In this document: positions 40,054 through 52,647 of the stretch, piece by piece
Numbering within the stretch: the stretch's first letter is position 1
Layout of the letters: each line of letters begins with the position of its first letter
Assembly: GCF_006345805.1 (NCBI RefSeq)
Contig: NC_042997.1
Location: 183,396,001-183,460,000 of the forward strand
Reading direction: 5' to 3'
Source: Octopus sinensis
Taxonomy: Eukaryota
DNA: 64,000 nt
Position numbers and translations under genes: made by a program
The notes under the pieces: model-generated
Told to the model about the DNA's origin: nothing
The model's input: the letters and a program-made list of their open reading frames with translations, nothing else
The model's database searches: none

Positions 40054-40286
40054 AAGGCGGCGAGCTGGCAGAAATATTAGCACGCTGGGCGAAATGCTTA
40101 GCAGTATTTCGTCTGCTGTTACATTCTGAGTTCAAATTCCGCCAAGGTTGACTTTGCCTTTCATCCTATCGGGGTCAATAAATTAAGTACCAGTTACACA
40201 CTGGGGTCAATGTAAATGACTTAATACCTATGTCTGTCCTTGTTTGTCCCCTCTATGTTTGGCCCCTTGTGGGTAATAAAGAAATA
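40054..40286 (+). mobile_element. tRNA-derived SINE family B
   Basis: GGCGGCGAGCTGGCAGAA head, GAGTTCAAATTCC B box; 15-bp TSD GGTATTGCTAGGAAT at 40039 and 40287. Confidence 0.9.
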
Positions 40287-40548
40287 GGTATTGCTAGGAA
40301 TGTGGTATACACAGTTACATAGAGCTAATAATAATACGGTAACAATTTTGGACATAATTTCTGTTGAGTTTGCTTTTTCATTTGATTAAGACTAAAATTG
40401 GCATGCTGATTTCAAAACTAGTCAGTTTTCTTCTATCATGTCGAATCTTTTATTTTTTCACAGCTTACTCTCTGAATAAGGACAATTGTATTGTTTGTCT
40501 GTAGGTAATTGGGCTGGTCAGCTGGTTATATTACTTTATTGCTAACAC

Positions 40549-40960
40549 TCTCTTTACTCTTTTACTTATTTCAGTCATTTGACTGTGGCCATGCTGGAGC
40601 ACCATCTTTAGTTGAGCAAATTGATCCCAGGACTTATTCTTTGTAAGCCTAATACTTATTCTATCGGTCTCTTATGCCGAACTGCTAAGTTACGGGAACG
40701 TAAACACACCAGCATTGGTTGTCAAGCGATGTTGGGGAGACAAACACAGACACACAAACGTACCCACACACGCACACACATATATATACATATATACGAT
40801 GGGCTTCTTTCAGTTTCCGTCTACCAAATCCACTCACAAGGCTTTGGTCGGCCCAAGGCTATCGTAGGAGACACTTGCCCAAGGTGCTACTCAGTGGGAC
40901 TGAACCTGGAACCATGTGGTTGGTAAGCAAGCTACTTACCACACAGCAACTCCTACTCCT
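40549..40960 (-). mobile_element. SINE family C (tRNA-like head, internal (GT)n), full length
   Basis: Head with GTGTGGTAAG and GGTTCAGTCCC boxes. Partial copies at about 27817-28010, 28239-28465, 31090-31206, 52915-53030, 55070-55325, 58585-59250, 60968-61708, 62480-62710. Confidence 0.8.
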
Positions 40961-41453
40961 GAGGAAATTTTTTGAAAAAAAAAAACGTTGTCTTGCTTTT
41001 CATAATTAGTCATGATAGTGCCGGGTTCCGAAATACTGTCAGAAAATTTCTATCATGTTAAGTTTTTTTTTGTTAAAGAGGAATTAATTTTTCCCTTTTG
41101 CCATTAAATGCAATACTGAAATAACAAACTAAATTGTATGGTTCATAGCTTTTTACAAACAATAAAACAAGTTCGACGGAATGGGAACTTTCTTACCAAA
41201 TCCGTCATCACAAAGCACCAGACAGATTTGGTAAGAGAAAGGATATATAATGACAGCGTAACACTAAGAATCGTTTTATCAATGGAAGTATAAAGGTTTT
41301 AAACTCTGGTTTGAGGTGGACAAAACACTATTTCATTCGATATCCTATTCAATTAATTTATTGCATCGTCTCTCGTTATATATTATATTGATACGGAAAT
41401 TTTACAGTGGTTGGTTCATTGTTTTCTTAAAATTTATTAAAATGATTTTGATA

Positions 41454-41840
41454 TCTTTATATATAAAAGAGAAGTTGTGTGTCTGTCTCCTACGATTTAG
41501 ATTTCTAATTACTCCCACATTTTGCGGTGCAGTTTAACCAAAACTGGGTATCTTATAGTCGTGATTCATATCGAGCCCTTCTGGGTATTAGCGCGCGTCT
41601 ACGATGAGTCTACGATTAAAAAAAAAATTACCATAATTTTTTCCCATTTTAATGCATTTTTTCGCTATTATATAAGAGAAGTAACTCTATAAAAATGTCT
41701 ACGATGAGTCAACGATTAAAAAAAAAAAATTACCATCATTTTTTTCCATTTTTTTTGCTATTTTTTGGCTATAACTTTCTAAAAATGCTTATATAGTTAT
41801 TTCTCTTACAAACTCGAGCAACGCCGGGCGATACTGCTAG
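41454..41840 (+). mobile_element. Non-autonomous Helitron
   Basis: A|TC start, CTAG|T end, subterminal CTCGAGCAACGCCGGG hairpin, no TSD, internal direct repeat. Confidence 0.8.
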
Positions 41841-41849
41841 TATACTATA

Positions 41850-43400
41850 AATATAGGCGATATAATATAGAACAAATAGATTTGTATATTTTTATAGACC
41901 GATGAACAGATAACCGGATAGCTTACTATCTAATAGAATAATTAAGAGAGAGAAACGAGGACATAATAACAACTGTGTGTGTATGGGAGGGAGTGAAATG
42001 TGTTGTGTTAGTATAATAGGTGGCATATGATCTCGAATTAAAAGAACTGAAAACAACAACAGTAATGTGTCTGGTTAACTTGCGAGATCTGACAGCGTTG
42101 CTATAGTAACTGTATGACGCCGTCACTTTGTTTTGGGCTGTAGTTATTCTGCTTGGCATTTCTTAGCGTTGTTATTTTGACCATGAAACATAAGTAATCT
42201 ATCAGTTCAGGACATTTTATAACTTACTAAATTTATATATATATATAAACATATATATATATATATAGATGAGGGTATTATGCTTGTTGGTCTTATCAAA
42301 AATTAAAAATACACGAAAACCACAGCAACCTTAAGTATAAACATTGTAAGTATGAACATTTAGCGTATTTTCGTATTTAATAGGAAACGAAATTGTATCA
42401 TGTTTATTGTTTTGGCGTACTTAATTTTAATTTTGAAATCATATAACTTTCGTTGCTTCAAAAATTCTGTATTAAGATTTAAATGCTAAAAGAAACCTTT
42501 GTTTTATTTCACTAACGTAATCAGTTTTATGTGCAGTCAGCTTCCTTCGTGTTTCGGAAAACAATTTGCTGACAGCGACTTAATAATGTTACACTAAATA
42601 GTTTTAAAATATTCAGTCAACAGAAGAACCACGTAACCACATAGCGGTTGTTCGACCTACATGAAACAGCAACGGAATCTCCCTCAAAATCACATCCTAT
42701 CTTATTAACAAAAAGCAAACAAACAAAAACATTGTATAATGTAGTCTAAAAAAGAAAAAAAAAACTGATGAGACGATGATGTTTGTTAGCAATACCTTCA
42801 GGATAACTTTCAGGTACTCATAGCTCAGGCGCTATAATAAAAGAAACAACCCAAACCAAACGTTTTGCCGTGGAAATAAGGCAAAGTGATAACGTGCATG
42901 GGCTCTAGTGCTGGTGCTGAATCGTACCTGAAGATGGCATTGAATATCTTTGATCACTGGTTCTTTTGATCGGTGCTGACATATGGTCTAACAACAATAT
43001 TAAAAAATTTGGCATTCCTTCGATATAGCTCGACAAGGTCGAGACATTTAACTTCAGGTATTTCCGTGGGTTGTGGGGTATAGATATGACGAAATTATGC
43101 CAGCAATGTCTCATCTTAAACTTGAAGAAAAAAAAAGCCTTGCATATTTGTTCTTACCTGTTTCGTGCGTGTATGTAAAATCCGCAAATTTCCAAGCAGA
43201 AAACAGAATCGAACCGTCATTTGCTTCCACGGAAATAAATACCCGAAGAGAAGTGTTTTGATTTTGTCGAGTTATATCGAAAGATATCGAAAAATTAAAA
43301 AATATATAAAGATGGGACATACTCAAATGGCTCCTAATCTACTTCGTTGACTGTTCGCAGTGGAAGATACAAAAGAATCACCTTTTTCATTGTTTTATTA
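41850..43400 (+). promoter_or_regulatory. CpG-retaining unique region, candidate promoter/non-coding first exon of the plus-strand gene
   Basis: Visibly more CpG than the flanks; GTAAGT donor-like site at 42346; lies upstream of the 49354 acceptor. Confidence 0.35.
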
Positions 43401-43521
43401 TTTACAAATTACATATCTTTAAAATAAAATAATTTTCATAAAAGTACGTTTATTTGACCATGTGTGTGTGTGTGTGTGCCCGTGCATGTATATGTGTGTG
43501 TGTGTGCCCGTGCATGTATAC

Positions 43522-43593
<72 letters not shown>

Positions 43594-43602
43594 GTATACA
43601 TA

Positions 43603-45370
43603 TAGTGATACCTCGCAGTACGAGTTTAATTCGTTCCATGACCGAGCTCGTTTTACGATTTACTCGTTTTACAAATCAATTTTCCCCATTGAAATGAATT
43701 AAAATATGAATTAGTCCGTTCCAGCCCCAACAAAACACCCCAAAATAATTTTTATGCATTTTAAAACAGAAATGGTGCAGTTATAAAGATGACAGTGATA
43801 AAAACATAAAAGAAAATGCAAATGAAATATATAAACTGGTTTTATTAACTTAAAGATGGGACGATTTGTGTTGCGAGGAAAACGATGGAACGGGGGAGGA
43901 GATTATTGTTTCGAAGGAGAATTTCCTTCCATTAAGACTTCAAGAAGAACAATTTCTGGCGTTTTCTCTCTCACTTCGCTTAATTTAGGCTTTTTGGACA
44001 CACTTTCTTCACTTTTCACATTTGCAGGTCGTTTCATTAGAAACATACCGAGAGAAGTCTGCTTTTATCTGCCTTTCAAAATGTCACGAAAATGCGTCAG
44101 AGCAGTGTCATTAAATAAAGCAGTTGTAGATACTTTTTTCAGGGTGATATTTTTCTACAAATTCAGAAACATATTGCCGCTTTGCCAACACTGCCTTTAT
44201 GTTACTCATAGAGACAGCCTTTTCTGCTACACTGTCCTTCTCCGGAGAACCAATCTCTTCCACCGCATCCAAATGTTGCTGCTCCTGAAGCTGCAGGAGT
44301 TCATCTGCCGTCAGCTCCTCTGAGTGTTCCTCGACGAGATTGTTAATGTCCCCATCGTCAACCTCGAGGCCCATGGCCTTGCTAAGAGACACTATCTTCG
44401 CAACAACAGGTGTCTCAGACTCAAACCCCGCAAAGTCTTTTTCGGATACGCTGTCAGGCCACAGTTTCCTCCATGCAGAATTCAGCTTTCTCCTCGTTAC
44501 ACCCTGCCAGGGCATATCAGTGATTTTCAGGCAGTTAAGAATGTTATTGCGCTTCTTCCAAAACTCACGAAGGGTTAGATTTGTATTTTCGGTGACTTCA
44601 AAGCACCGACGAAATAGGTGTTTGGTGTACAATTTCTTAAACTTAGAAGTCACTTGTTGGGCTGCAGGATAGGGGTGATGCTGTGTGAAAGTACAGAACT
44701 TTTATGAATTTAAATTCGTCCAATATATCATCTTTGAGGTTAGGAGGGTGAGCAGAAGCATTGTTGAGGATGAGGAGGGCCTTGAGAAGAAGCTTGTTCT
44801 TCAGAAGGTACTTTTTCACTTCTGGTCCGAAGACAAGATTAATCCACTCGGTGAAGAATTGCCTGGTGACCCAGGCTTTAACGTTTGCCCTCCACATTCG
44901 GGATTTTGTGCGACTTGAACGCTCGTGAGCTTTCAGAATGGTTGACAAGGTGCGACTAAATCTTAGGTCTCCTCTCGCATAGGCACATAGAGCAAGAGTT
45001 AGCCTATCTTTCATAGGCTTGTGGCCTGGCATTTTCTTTTCTTCTGCAGTTATGTAGGTTCTTCTGTGCATTTTGTTTTCCAAAAAAAGAGCAGTTTCAT
45101 CAGAGTTGAATACCTGTTGTGCGAGGTACCCCTCGTCTGCAATGAGCTGACGGAATTCACACATGAAATCCTCGGTTGCCTTCGTGTCAGGACTCGCTGC
45201 TTTCTTGCAGATGATGGTCTCCGTAATCGTATCCCTGCAAGTTGCTTCTTGTTGATCCACATGAGAAGCAATTTTTCCATCTCTTTGTGGACAGACAAGC
45301 GTTGCTTGGAGTGCTGGAGATACTCTTTACTGTTGTAACAGCCTTGATCTTGTCCTTTTCCTCAGGGTGG
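43603..45370 (-). mobile_element. Tigger/pogo DNA transposon relic with one terminal repeat
   Basis: QVFNSDETALF, MPGHKPMKDRLTL, AWVTRQFF, SAHPP, AWRKLWP; (C)AGTGATACCTCGCAGTACGAG end after TA at 43603. Confidence 0.85.
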
Positions 45371-45844
45371 TGCAGATTGTCGATGTGTTTCGGTCGTATT
45401 TACGTGCTATGTACGCTACCTTCCACTTCTACCAAAATTCAGGCCTTGTGCCTATAGTAGAAAGAATTGTTTCAAGAAAGAATCAAAACCTTTAGGTCAA
45501 GTCTAGCCAGCAGGTGTGTAGGATCACATGAGTAGTGTTCATTCAATTGTGCTCAAAGATAAGCTTATGTTAGAACTACAAATCAATAAGATTGTAAATA
45601 ACCAAAATCAAAAACTGTAATTATATTATCAAATGTTCTATTTTGACAAAATGCACTCACAGTTAACACATTATGGTATTGGTTTATCTATTGAGAAGGA
45701 CTAAACTAGAATAAAAGATATATTTACAAGGGCTTATTTGAAAAAAGAAATATATATAATGTATAGATTAAAACATGGATTAAGTATGATTAAAGTATTT
45801 TAATATTAAGATCATTTGGATTTAGATAGGTGGCAAGTGTTATA

Positions 45845-47026
45845 TCTATATACATAAATGTGTAATGGTGTCTGTCTGTGTGTGTGTGTTTGGAGTTACT
45901 CTAATTCCTCCCAAAATATCAAACCGATTTTAATGATTTTTAACACATAGGTAGATCACATGCCCTGAAGTTCAAATAAGACTGGAATTTTTCGAAAACT
46001 TGATAATACTCAGTTGGCATCGATTTTTGTGAGCTTAATTGGGTGTTTGAATGGAAATTCCCATAACGATGTTATCTTTCCTGCAGCTTTTGCATTTTGT
46101 GTCCGATTTTGATGAAAATCCATGAGTGAATGAGGCTCATGGCAGTGAGTTTATGTCAGTATATGGTTTTGACAAAAAATCGATAATTGCACTTGAGCAT
46201 TGGTTTTATAAAATCAATAAGCTTTTTGCATGCAAATACCCACAGGGATTTTATTTTGGGCTGTAACTTTTTTCATTTTTTATCTGATTTTAATGAAATT
46301 TGAGATGTAGGTAAATTTTGTGGTGGGGATACGGTAAAGGTGTTTATTTAATTCAAAAGGGCTTGAAAAGGGCACAGATACAAATAAGCATTTCCTTAGA
46401 GATATTCTTATTGATTTTGTGGAAATTTTACACGTGATTAGTTGATGCTAGCATGAAGACATGACAAAAAATTGATACCCATAGGATTAATATTTTATGC
46501 AGTAACTTTTACAGAATTCATTCGAATTTGATGAAATTTGACATTTAGGTTAAGTTTATGGTTGGAGTCATGTAGAAAAATTAAAATTAAACTGGTGAAA
46601 GGCAGAAATCGTCAAAATTTACTCACAATAAAATAATGAGCAGATTTTGAAGAAAATTGACCCATGAGTAAAATTAAGCACTTCAACATATGAAACATTG
46701 ATTATTCATATAATATTTTGGGATTTAAAAGTCAATGGGATATTTTCATGTAAATGGTCACATGGATTCTATTTTATGACATAACCTTAACACTTTTTAT
46801 CGGATTTTGCTGAGATTGGACACACAGGTCGAGGTACACCCAAAAGTTTGACTGTAATTTCAGATGGTCCAGTATGTAGGAGTATGTTGAAAGTGTTAAC
46901 TGGGTAAAATCCCTGCTGATCTAGATATAAAATCTTATTGGGTAACGTAGAAAGTTTCAATACAAGGTTAGAGGTGGGCTTCACTTCAACATGGAAAACA
47001 CGAGCAATGCCAGGTCTGACAGCTAG
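45845..47026 (+). mobile_element. Non-autonomous Helitron with internal degenerate repeats
   Basis: A|TCTATATACATAAA start like 41454; ACGAGCAATGCCAGG...GCTAG|T end. Confidence 0.75.
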
Positions 47027-47475
47027 TATAGATATAAATGTACCAAGTAGATATGTATAGATAGGAGATTTATATCTAATGGTTATGTGGTATATGTCAG
47101 ATTACCTATCTGGATATAAAGCATGTTAGTAGTACCTGAATGATATGGAAATTTAATGCAGAAAATTTTCTAATATCTCTTAAGTTCTTACTGTGAGCAC
47201 ACTATTTAGTGAAGAGTACCATGAGAGTTCCAGTGCTACAAAGTCTGCTTAGTCTTTTATGTGTAACATAAAAGTTTACTTTTTCAATGAGTTTTCACTT
47301 TAATTTTAATAGTAGGTTGATTTTTTTGAAGACCTGGATATACCTCAAAAGAAACATGACATTATTCATGCAGGATTACAGAATGACTGCATTGTTAATA
47401 GTTCTGTATCTTCAACTGGTTCATGGTAAGCCTGATATGTGACTTGGTGAATCTAGCCTTGTTTACATTATAATA

Positions 47476-48030
47476 CGAGGTCTGATTGATAAGTATCCAG
47501 ACTGTTGCCATAGTAACGAAGCTAAAGCATGCAGAGTGAAGCCGTTTGGCAAAAATTGACCTTGAACACTGCAGTGCATGCGCATCAGATTTCACCATCT
47601 CACTTCTGCTGTTTACAGCAGCACTTAGAAGGAAGGTGTGTAGCATGTGATCGTTGCATTGAACATGACAGAGAAAGTTGTCATAACAATACCTGTTCAG
47701 AGGCCTACACAAAGCTGCAGAAAGTGTTTGGAGAGGAGTGTATGAGCTGCACACAAGTGTACCAGTGTTTCAAACGTTTCTAAGATGGCCGAAAAATGTC
47801 GATATTGATGAACATTCTGGGAAAATCGTTGAATCTCCATCCGTGAGTTATCAGAGGATGTGCAGATTTGTTACCATTCAGTTCAGTCCATTATCACTGA
47901 AGATTTGGGTATGAGACATGTGTCTGCCAAGTTTGTACCAAATCTGTTTTTAGCTGACCAAGAAGACACTCAGGTTTCAGTTGCACAAGTTCTTGATTGT
48001 GTCAGGAATGATGAAAAACTTTTTTAAAAC
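47476..48030 (+). mobile_element. Mariner relic (left TIR + decayed HTH region)
   Basis: TA-CGAGGTCTGATTGATAAGT end; decayed ...LQKVFGEECMSCTQVYQCFKRF*DGR. Confidence 0.65.
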
Positions 48031-48429
48031 TTTGCATAGGCCTCTGAGCAGGTATTGCCAAGCTTTTGGCAAAATTTGAGAGGTAGGATGGAGGACATAG
48101 TATGGTAGTGTGCCAGTGGATTGTATATTGTTGGGACTTAAAGTTTACCTATGTGGTATATGATGTTTCTTGGATTTGGTCTTTTGTATAATTATGTAGA
48201 TATGATTGTACAATAGCATAAAGTATATTTGCTCGTGGCAGAAACTGCTGTTAAGGACTAAAGTTGTTTCTGAAATGATTCATTCAAAATTTAAGTGTTT
48301 AGAATAAGTGGGTCCTATTTATGGATGGAAATTTTGCTGTTATGTGGAACAAGTTAAAACAAGTTATATAGGAGATATGTTGTTGACTGAAGTAGTTTAT
48401 AGCCCTGAAGAGAAAACATATCCTATGGA

Positions 48430-48664
48430 TAAAGGTGATGAGCTGGCAGAAATGTTAGCATGCCGGGCGAAATGCTTTGTGATATTTCGTCCGCGGCTGC
48501 ATTCTGAGTTCAAATTCCGCTGAGGTCGACTTTGTCTTTCATCCTTTTGGGGTTGATAAATTAAGTACCAGTTACGCAATGGGGTCGATGTAATCGACTT
48601 AATCTGTTTGTCTGTCCTTGTTTGTCGCCTCTATGTTTAGCCCCTTGTGGGCAATACAGAAATA
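48430..48664 (+). mobile_element. tRNA-derived SINE family B
   Basis: Same family; 19-bp TSD AGAAAACATATCCTATGGA at 48411 and 48665. Confidence 0.9.
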
Positions 48665-49476
48665 AGAAAACATATCCTATGGAATTCTTGTGAGAGAATA
48701 TCGGTAGTTGTTTTTGCTGTTGTTTAACCTTAGGTAAGTTATGATTGAGCAGATATAGTGTATTTAAAACATTATTCAATGTTCAGTATGATATAAAAGA
48801 GATTGGCTACTATTTCTAGTATGTCGAACAATTATGGAGTTGGTTTATTCTTTTAGTGTTCAGATTATTTTGTCAAAAGTAATGCTTATTTATTTACATT
48901 GTTATGAATTAATCAAGCATCATCTTGTAGCTTTGAGATTTTGATGCTGCAATTGTTTATTTTTAGAATGACATTGTAGGGTAGGTGTGAGAGGTTGTAT
49001 CTGGTTGGTTTGAACATAAAACAAGTAAAATGCCTGGGCTAGATTATGACTGGTTTAAGTGCTAAATGGTTAAATCAGCAACAATTGTATATAGGTAACT
49101 ATTTGTCACTATTGAAAAGGTTGCAACACGCAACGAAAATTTTAGGAAAATAAAAATAAGAAATAAGTGGAAATTTTACCGGTGAGTGTGTTAAATAATA
49201 AGGCACAAAAAGAAAATGACTCTCCCCAGACACAACAGAGTATTTGTAACCCTTTTTCTATTTTTCACTTCTTATAGTAAAATCTCCACTTGCTTATATT
49301 ACAGACTTTATTTCTGTGTTTTTACATTTTCTTTCTTTTTTTTATTTTTGCAGTTTGAAAGATATTGTTTAAATCAATGTGTATGAAAAATGATGATTGA
49401 AATTCTCCTGTCATGTGGAATGACTACTGAATTCATTTGGAAAATATAATGGTTTCAACATTTTTATGTCAATGTC

Positions 49477-50652
49477 ATGTTTAATGGCAAAAGAAGAAGC
49501 CTTCTTTTTGAAAGTGGATGTACTGATACAAAACAGTCTACCATTCAGACACTTTTAAATTTCAGCTTTCAAGAAAGCCAACACCAATTGGATAATGAAT
49601 CTGTTAATGCTGATAATGTGAACGGAATTACTGATGGTTGGAAAAAAGTCACCTCAATATATGTGCCTGAACCAAAAAATACAACAAGGCTTAAGAAAAA
49701 GTTCAATGGACAATCTCGTAGTTTAGGCTGTTTCGGTAATTACCGTTATGATCGTAGAAAAATGAAACTATTATTCACAGATAATTTAAAATTGATATAC
49801 AATTCAGAGAATTATGAATATATTCCTTTGAATGGAGTTTATCAGGTTTCAAAATCTGCCGAAGCATTTTCTGATGCACTAAACTGCAAGAGAGGTAATT
49901 TTGGAAAACGCATTCTGCTTCCTTTGAATGAGCCAGTTTCCTCACAAAAAGAAGTTAATTTAGTTGAGGAAAATAAATCATGTTTCAGCTTATCACCGGA
50001 GACTGAAAATAATTATCAGTCAGCAAAAACTAAAAATGTATCATCTTCAGCTTCACTTTCTGATTTGAGAATTGGTGTTGATAATCCGTTTACTTTGCTG
50101 AAAAAAACTTTGAATAAGAATCAGCTTCCAAAAAGTAAAAGTGCTGATATCAAGGGAAAAAATACATATTCAACAATTTTTGAAAAATTTAAAGAAATGT
50201 TCTTTGATGAATTAGTTCCGAGAGAACAGCAAATAAGTAAAAATATTTACTACAACTCGGTTATATACCCTCAATTAAAGTATCCAGATTTAGGTTCATC
50301 TGTTCATTTGAAGTCAGTGATGCAAGAAAGGAAATGCCATGAAAGCTCTCAAACTTCTAAAAACAGTGACCACTCTACTGGCTCAAGCACCTCTCAAACA
50401 AATTCTAATGCTAACTCTTATGATATTACCTCATCACTCAAAACAAAAGGTCTCCAAACACCAAAGAAAGGAAACAAGGCTGTCGCTGTTAATGAAACAA
50501 GTAAGAATTTAATCTACAGACATAATAATTCTAACATTGTTATACAGCCAGATGTGATTTGTAAACAATCTGACACTTTGACTGAAGAGGTTTTACCAGA
50601 AATTTTTGGGAAAAGGATCAAAGCTAACCCCAGCATACATCGGTGGTTATAA
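49477..50652 (+). CDS. Uncharacterised 391-aa Ser/Asn/Lys-rich protein in a large exon
   Basis: Uninterrupted 1176-nt ORF in AT-rich DNA; long polypyrimidine acceptor ending at 49353; in-frame stop at 49447 upstream of the ATG; AATAAA at 50690; no transposon motifs seen. Confidence 0.7.
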   Translation: MFNGKRRSLLFESGCTDTKQSTIQTLLNFSFQESQHQLDNESVNADNVNGITDGWKKVTSIYVPEPKNTTRLKKKFNGQSRSLGCFGNYRYDRRKMKLLFTDNLKLIYNSENYEYIPLNGVYQVSKSAEAFSDALNCKRGNFGKRILLPLNEPVSSQKEVNLVEENKSCFSLSPETENNYQSAKTKNVSSSASLSDLRIGVDNPFTLLKKTLNKNQLPKSKSADIKGKNTYSTIFEKFKEMFFDELVPREQQISKNIYYNSVIYPQLKYPDLGSSVHLKSVMQERKCHESSQTSKNSDHSTGSSTSQTNSNANSYDITSSLKTKGLQTPKKGNKAVAVNETSKNLIYRHNNSNIVIQPDVICKQSDTLTEEVLPEIFGKRIKANPSIHRWL

Positions 50653-50742
50653 ATTCAGTTTATTGGCAATAGGTAGTATGTGTTAGGAAAATAAAATTTT
50701 AAAGTTTATCAAATTTATAGCAATTTATTTCCATCTTAAATA

Positions 50743-51702
50743 CCGTAAATCCTCGAGTATAATCCGCATTTTTTTCCTAAAATTTAAAGGTCAAAATCCC
50801 CAGTACGTACTATATACGAGGTTAAAAATGAAAAATATTTTCTAAGCGATGTCCAAGTCTCTGCTGTCCAGCATCGTTTATTCAGATGCATTTTGTGTTG
50901 TCGGGCACGAAAATACCTCAAGCTAAGCCTGAAAGCAATGAAGTCACAAAAGAATCATCCATAACTTGCAGTAGGCAACATTTATTAAAATAAAAGTATT
51001 AAGAACACAGAATAACATGTAATAAAAACAATTTGCAAACATATTTACATTCCCATATAACAGTTAAGAACATCACCATTATTGTATTATGCATGCACGG
51101 AAGTGTTTGTTTGACTAGGTGCTGTTGGCTTAATTACACACAAATTGTGCTTAATAGTTTAGCACTAACTAGTTGATCCTGCTGTTTGTATTGGCAGTTT
51201 GCATCATTACCGTGGCAAAAAATAGATACTTATTTAAATACCAGTATTAAATGTTTGAACTACTGTGGGTCTTTACTTGAGTTTTTTTTATAAGTGGGAC
51301 TTAAACCTGTACATTAATCTCCAATAAAGCATTTTATACATTACATGCCCATAAAATGCCTAATAGATCTTATTCAGTTATGTTTAAACTTGAAGTTATA
51401 TCATATGCTGAAAAGCATGGTAATAGGGCCGCCAGAAGAAAATTTGATATTGACGAAAGCAATGTCAGGTTATGGAGAAGAAATAAAGATGAAATTAAAT
51501 GGATACCAAAGATAAAGAAGGCAATAATAAAGGACATTACCGTATACATTCTTACAAACCAAAGACATTATATAGACCTCTTTGACTCAAGTTAGAGAAG
51601 GGGTGCGTATTATACACAAGGTTTAGGTTTTTCAGAAGTGCAGCCCCCTAAAAATCCCCTGCATATTATACTCAAGGGCGGACTATACTCGAGGATTTAT
51701 GG
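50743..51702 (+). mobile_element. Tc2/pogo-like deletion derivative retaining a Brinker-type HTH ORF (51356-51595)
   Basis: 25-bp TIRs CCGTAAATCCTCGAGTATAATCCGC with 2 mismatches, TA on both sides; ORF SYSVMFKLEVISYAEKHGNRAARRKFDIDESNVRLWR. Confidence 0.85.
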
Positions 51703-52602
51703 TATGTCTTTGTAAAAAATGTTGTTAATTTTGATTTTTAAATTCATGCATCATGTAGGGATTCATGAGTTTGTTTAATGAATGTCGTTTGAGATATAAG
51801 GTAAATAAACCTCCAACTTGAGATATTCCTTAAGTAATTTTGTAGTCTGATTAGTTTTAGTAAATGAAAAGAAGATATATATTTAGATATATTTTAAAAA
51901 ATTGTTTATATAAAAAGCAATATTTCTCCACTGATTTTTGTTATAAATGAATATTTAAATGAATATAATAATTTTTAATTAGTTGATCTTTGCTAATCAT
52001 TCCCATTTAGATGGATGTAGTTGTTTCCATTTAAATACCTATTGATCAACATCTGCTGCAAAAAATGTGGCCAAAGAAGAAATTCCAGGGTGTTGTAACT
52101 CTGGAAAGGAATGATTGGGTAAGTGTTTAATACAGGAGCACAATAACAATGTGAGGAAGAAAAAAGGCAAGTGCATCAGAAGGGATTGGATAGCAGTGAT
52201 ACGCAGCTTACTAGCAGCACCTGTTACTGTAGATGTAGGAGGAAAGAAATAGATGAGAAATAGCTTGTGAGAAAATGATTGTAGCATAATGATGAGTGAA
52301 TTTTTGCCAGTCAGCTGGGGAGGAAGTTAGCTTTTGAATGTGGTTTAAGATGTTTGCATTTATGATAGCTTAACAGTCTTTGTTATAAGCAGTATTCTGA
52401 TGCAGGTCTTATTTGAGCTTTGCAGTGAGAAGCAATTGATCTTGGCTGAGGTATTGCTTAACTCCAATGAAGAAACCTAGTTTTTGAGTTGCAGTTTTTG
52501 TAATAATAAATCTCTGAACACAAGATCAGTGACGTAAAGTTACTGGAAAAAGGATATTAATATTTGCATTGGGAACTCCTTTCATCGAAAACCAGTGATT
52601 GT

Positions 52603-52647
52603 CGTACACTGATGACGGGTCAAGACCCAGAAACTGCTGTCCGTGCG
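52603..52647 (+). ncRNA. Type I hammerhead ribozyme motif
   Basis: CGTACA-CTGATGA-CGGGTCAAGACCCA-GAAA-CTGCTG-TC-CGTGCG; GUC site; stem I extends into a long imperfect rod. Confidence 0.65.

Noticed and set aside
42765-42772. CTGATGAG as a hammerhead core
   Set aside because: No closing stem II followed by GAAA downstream.
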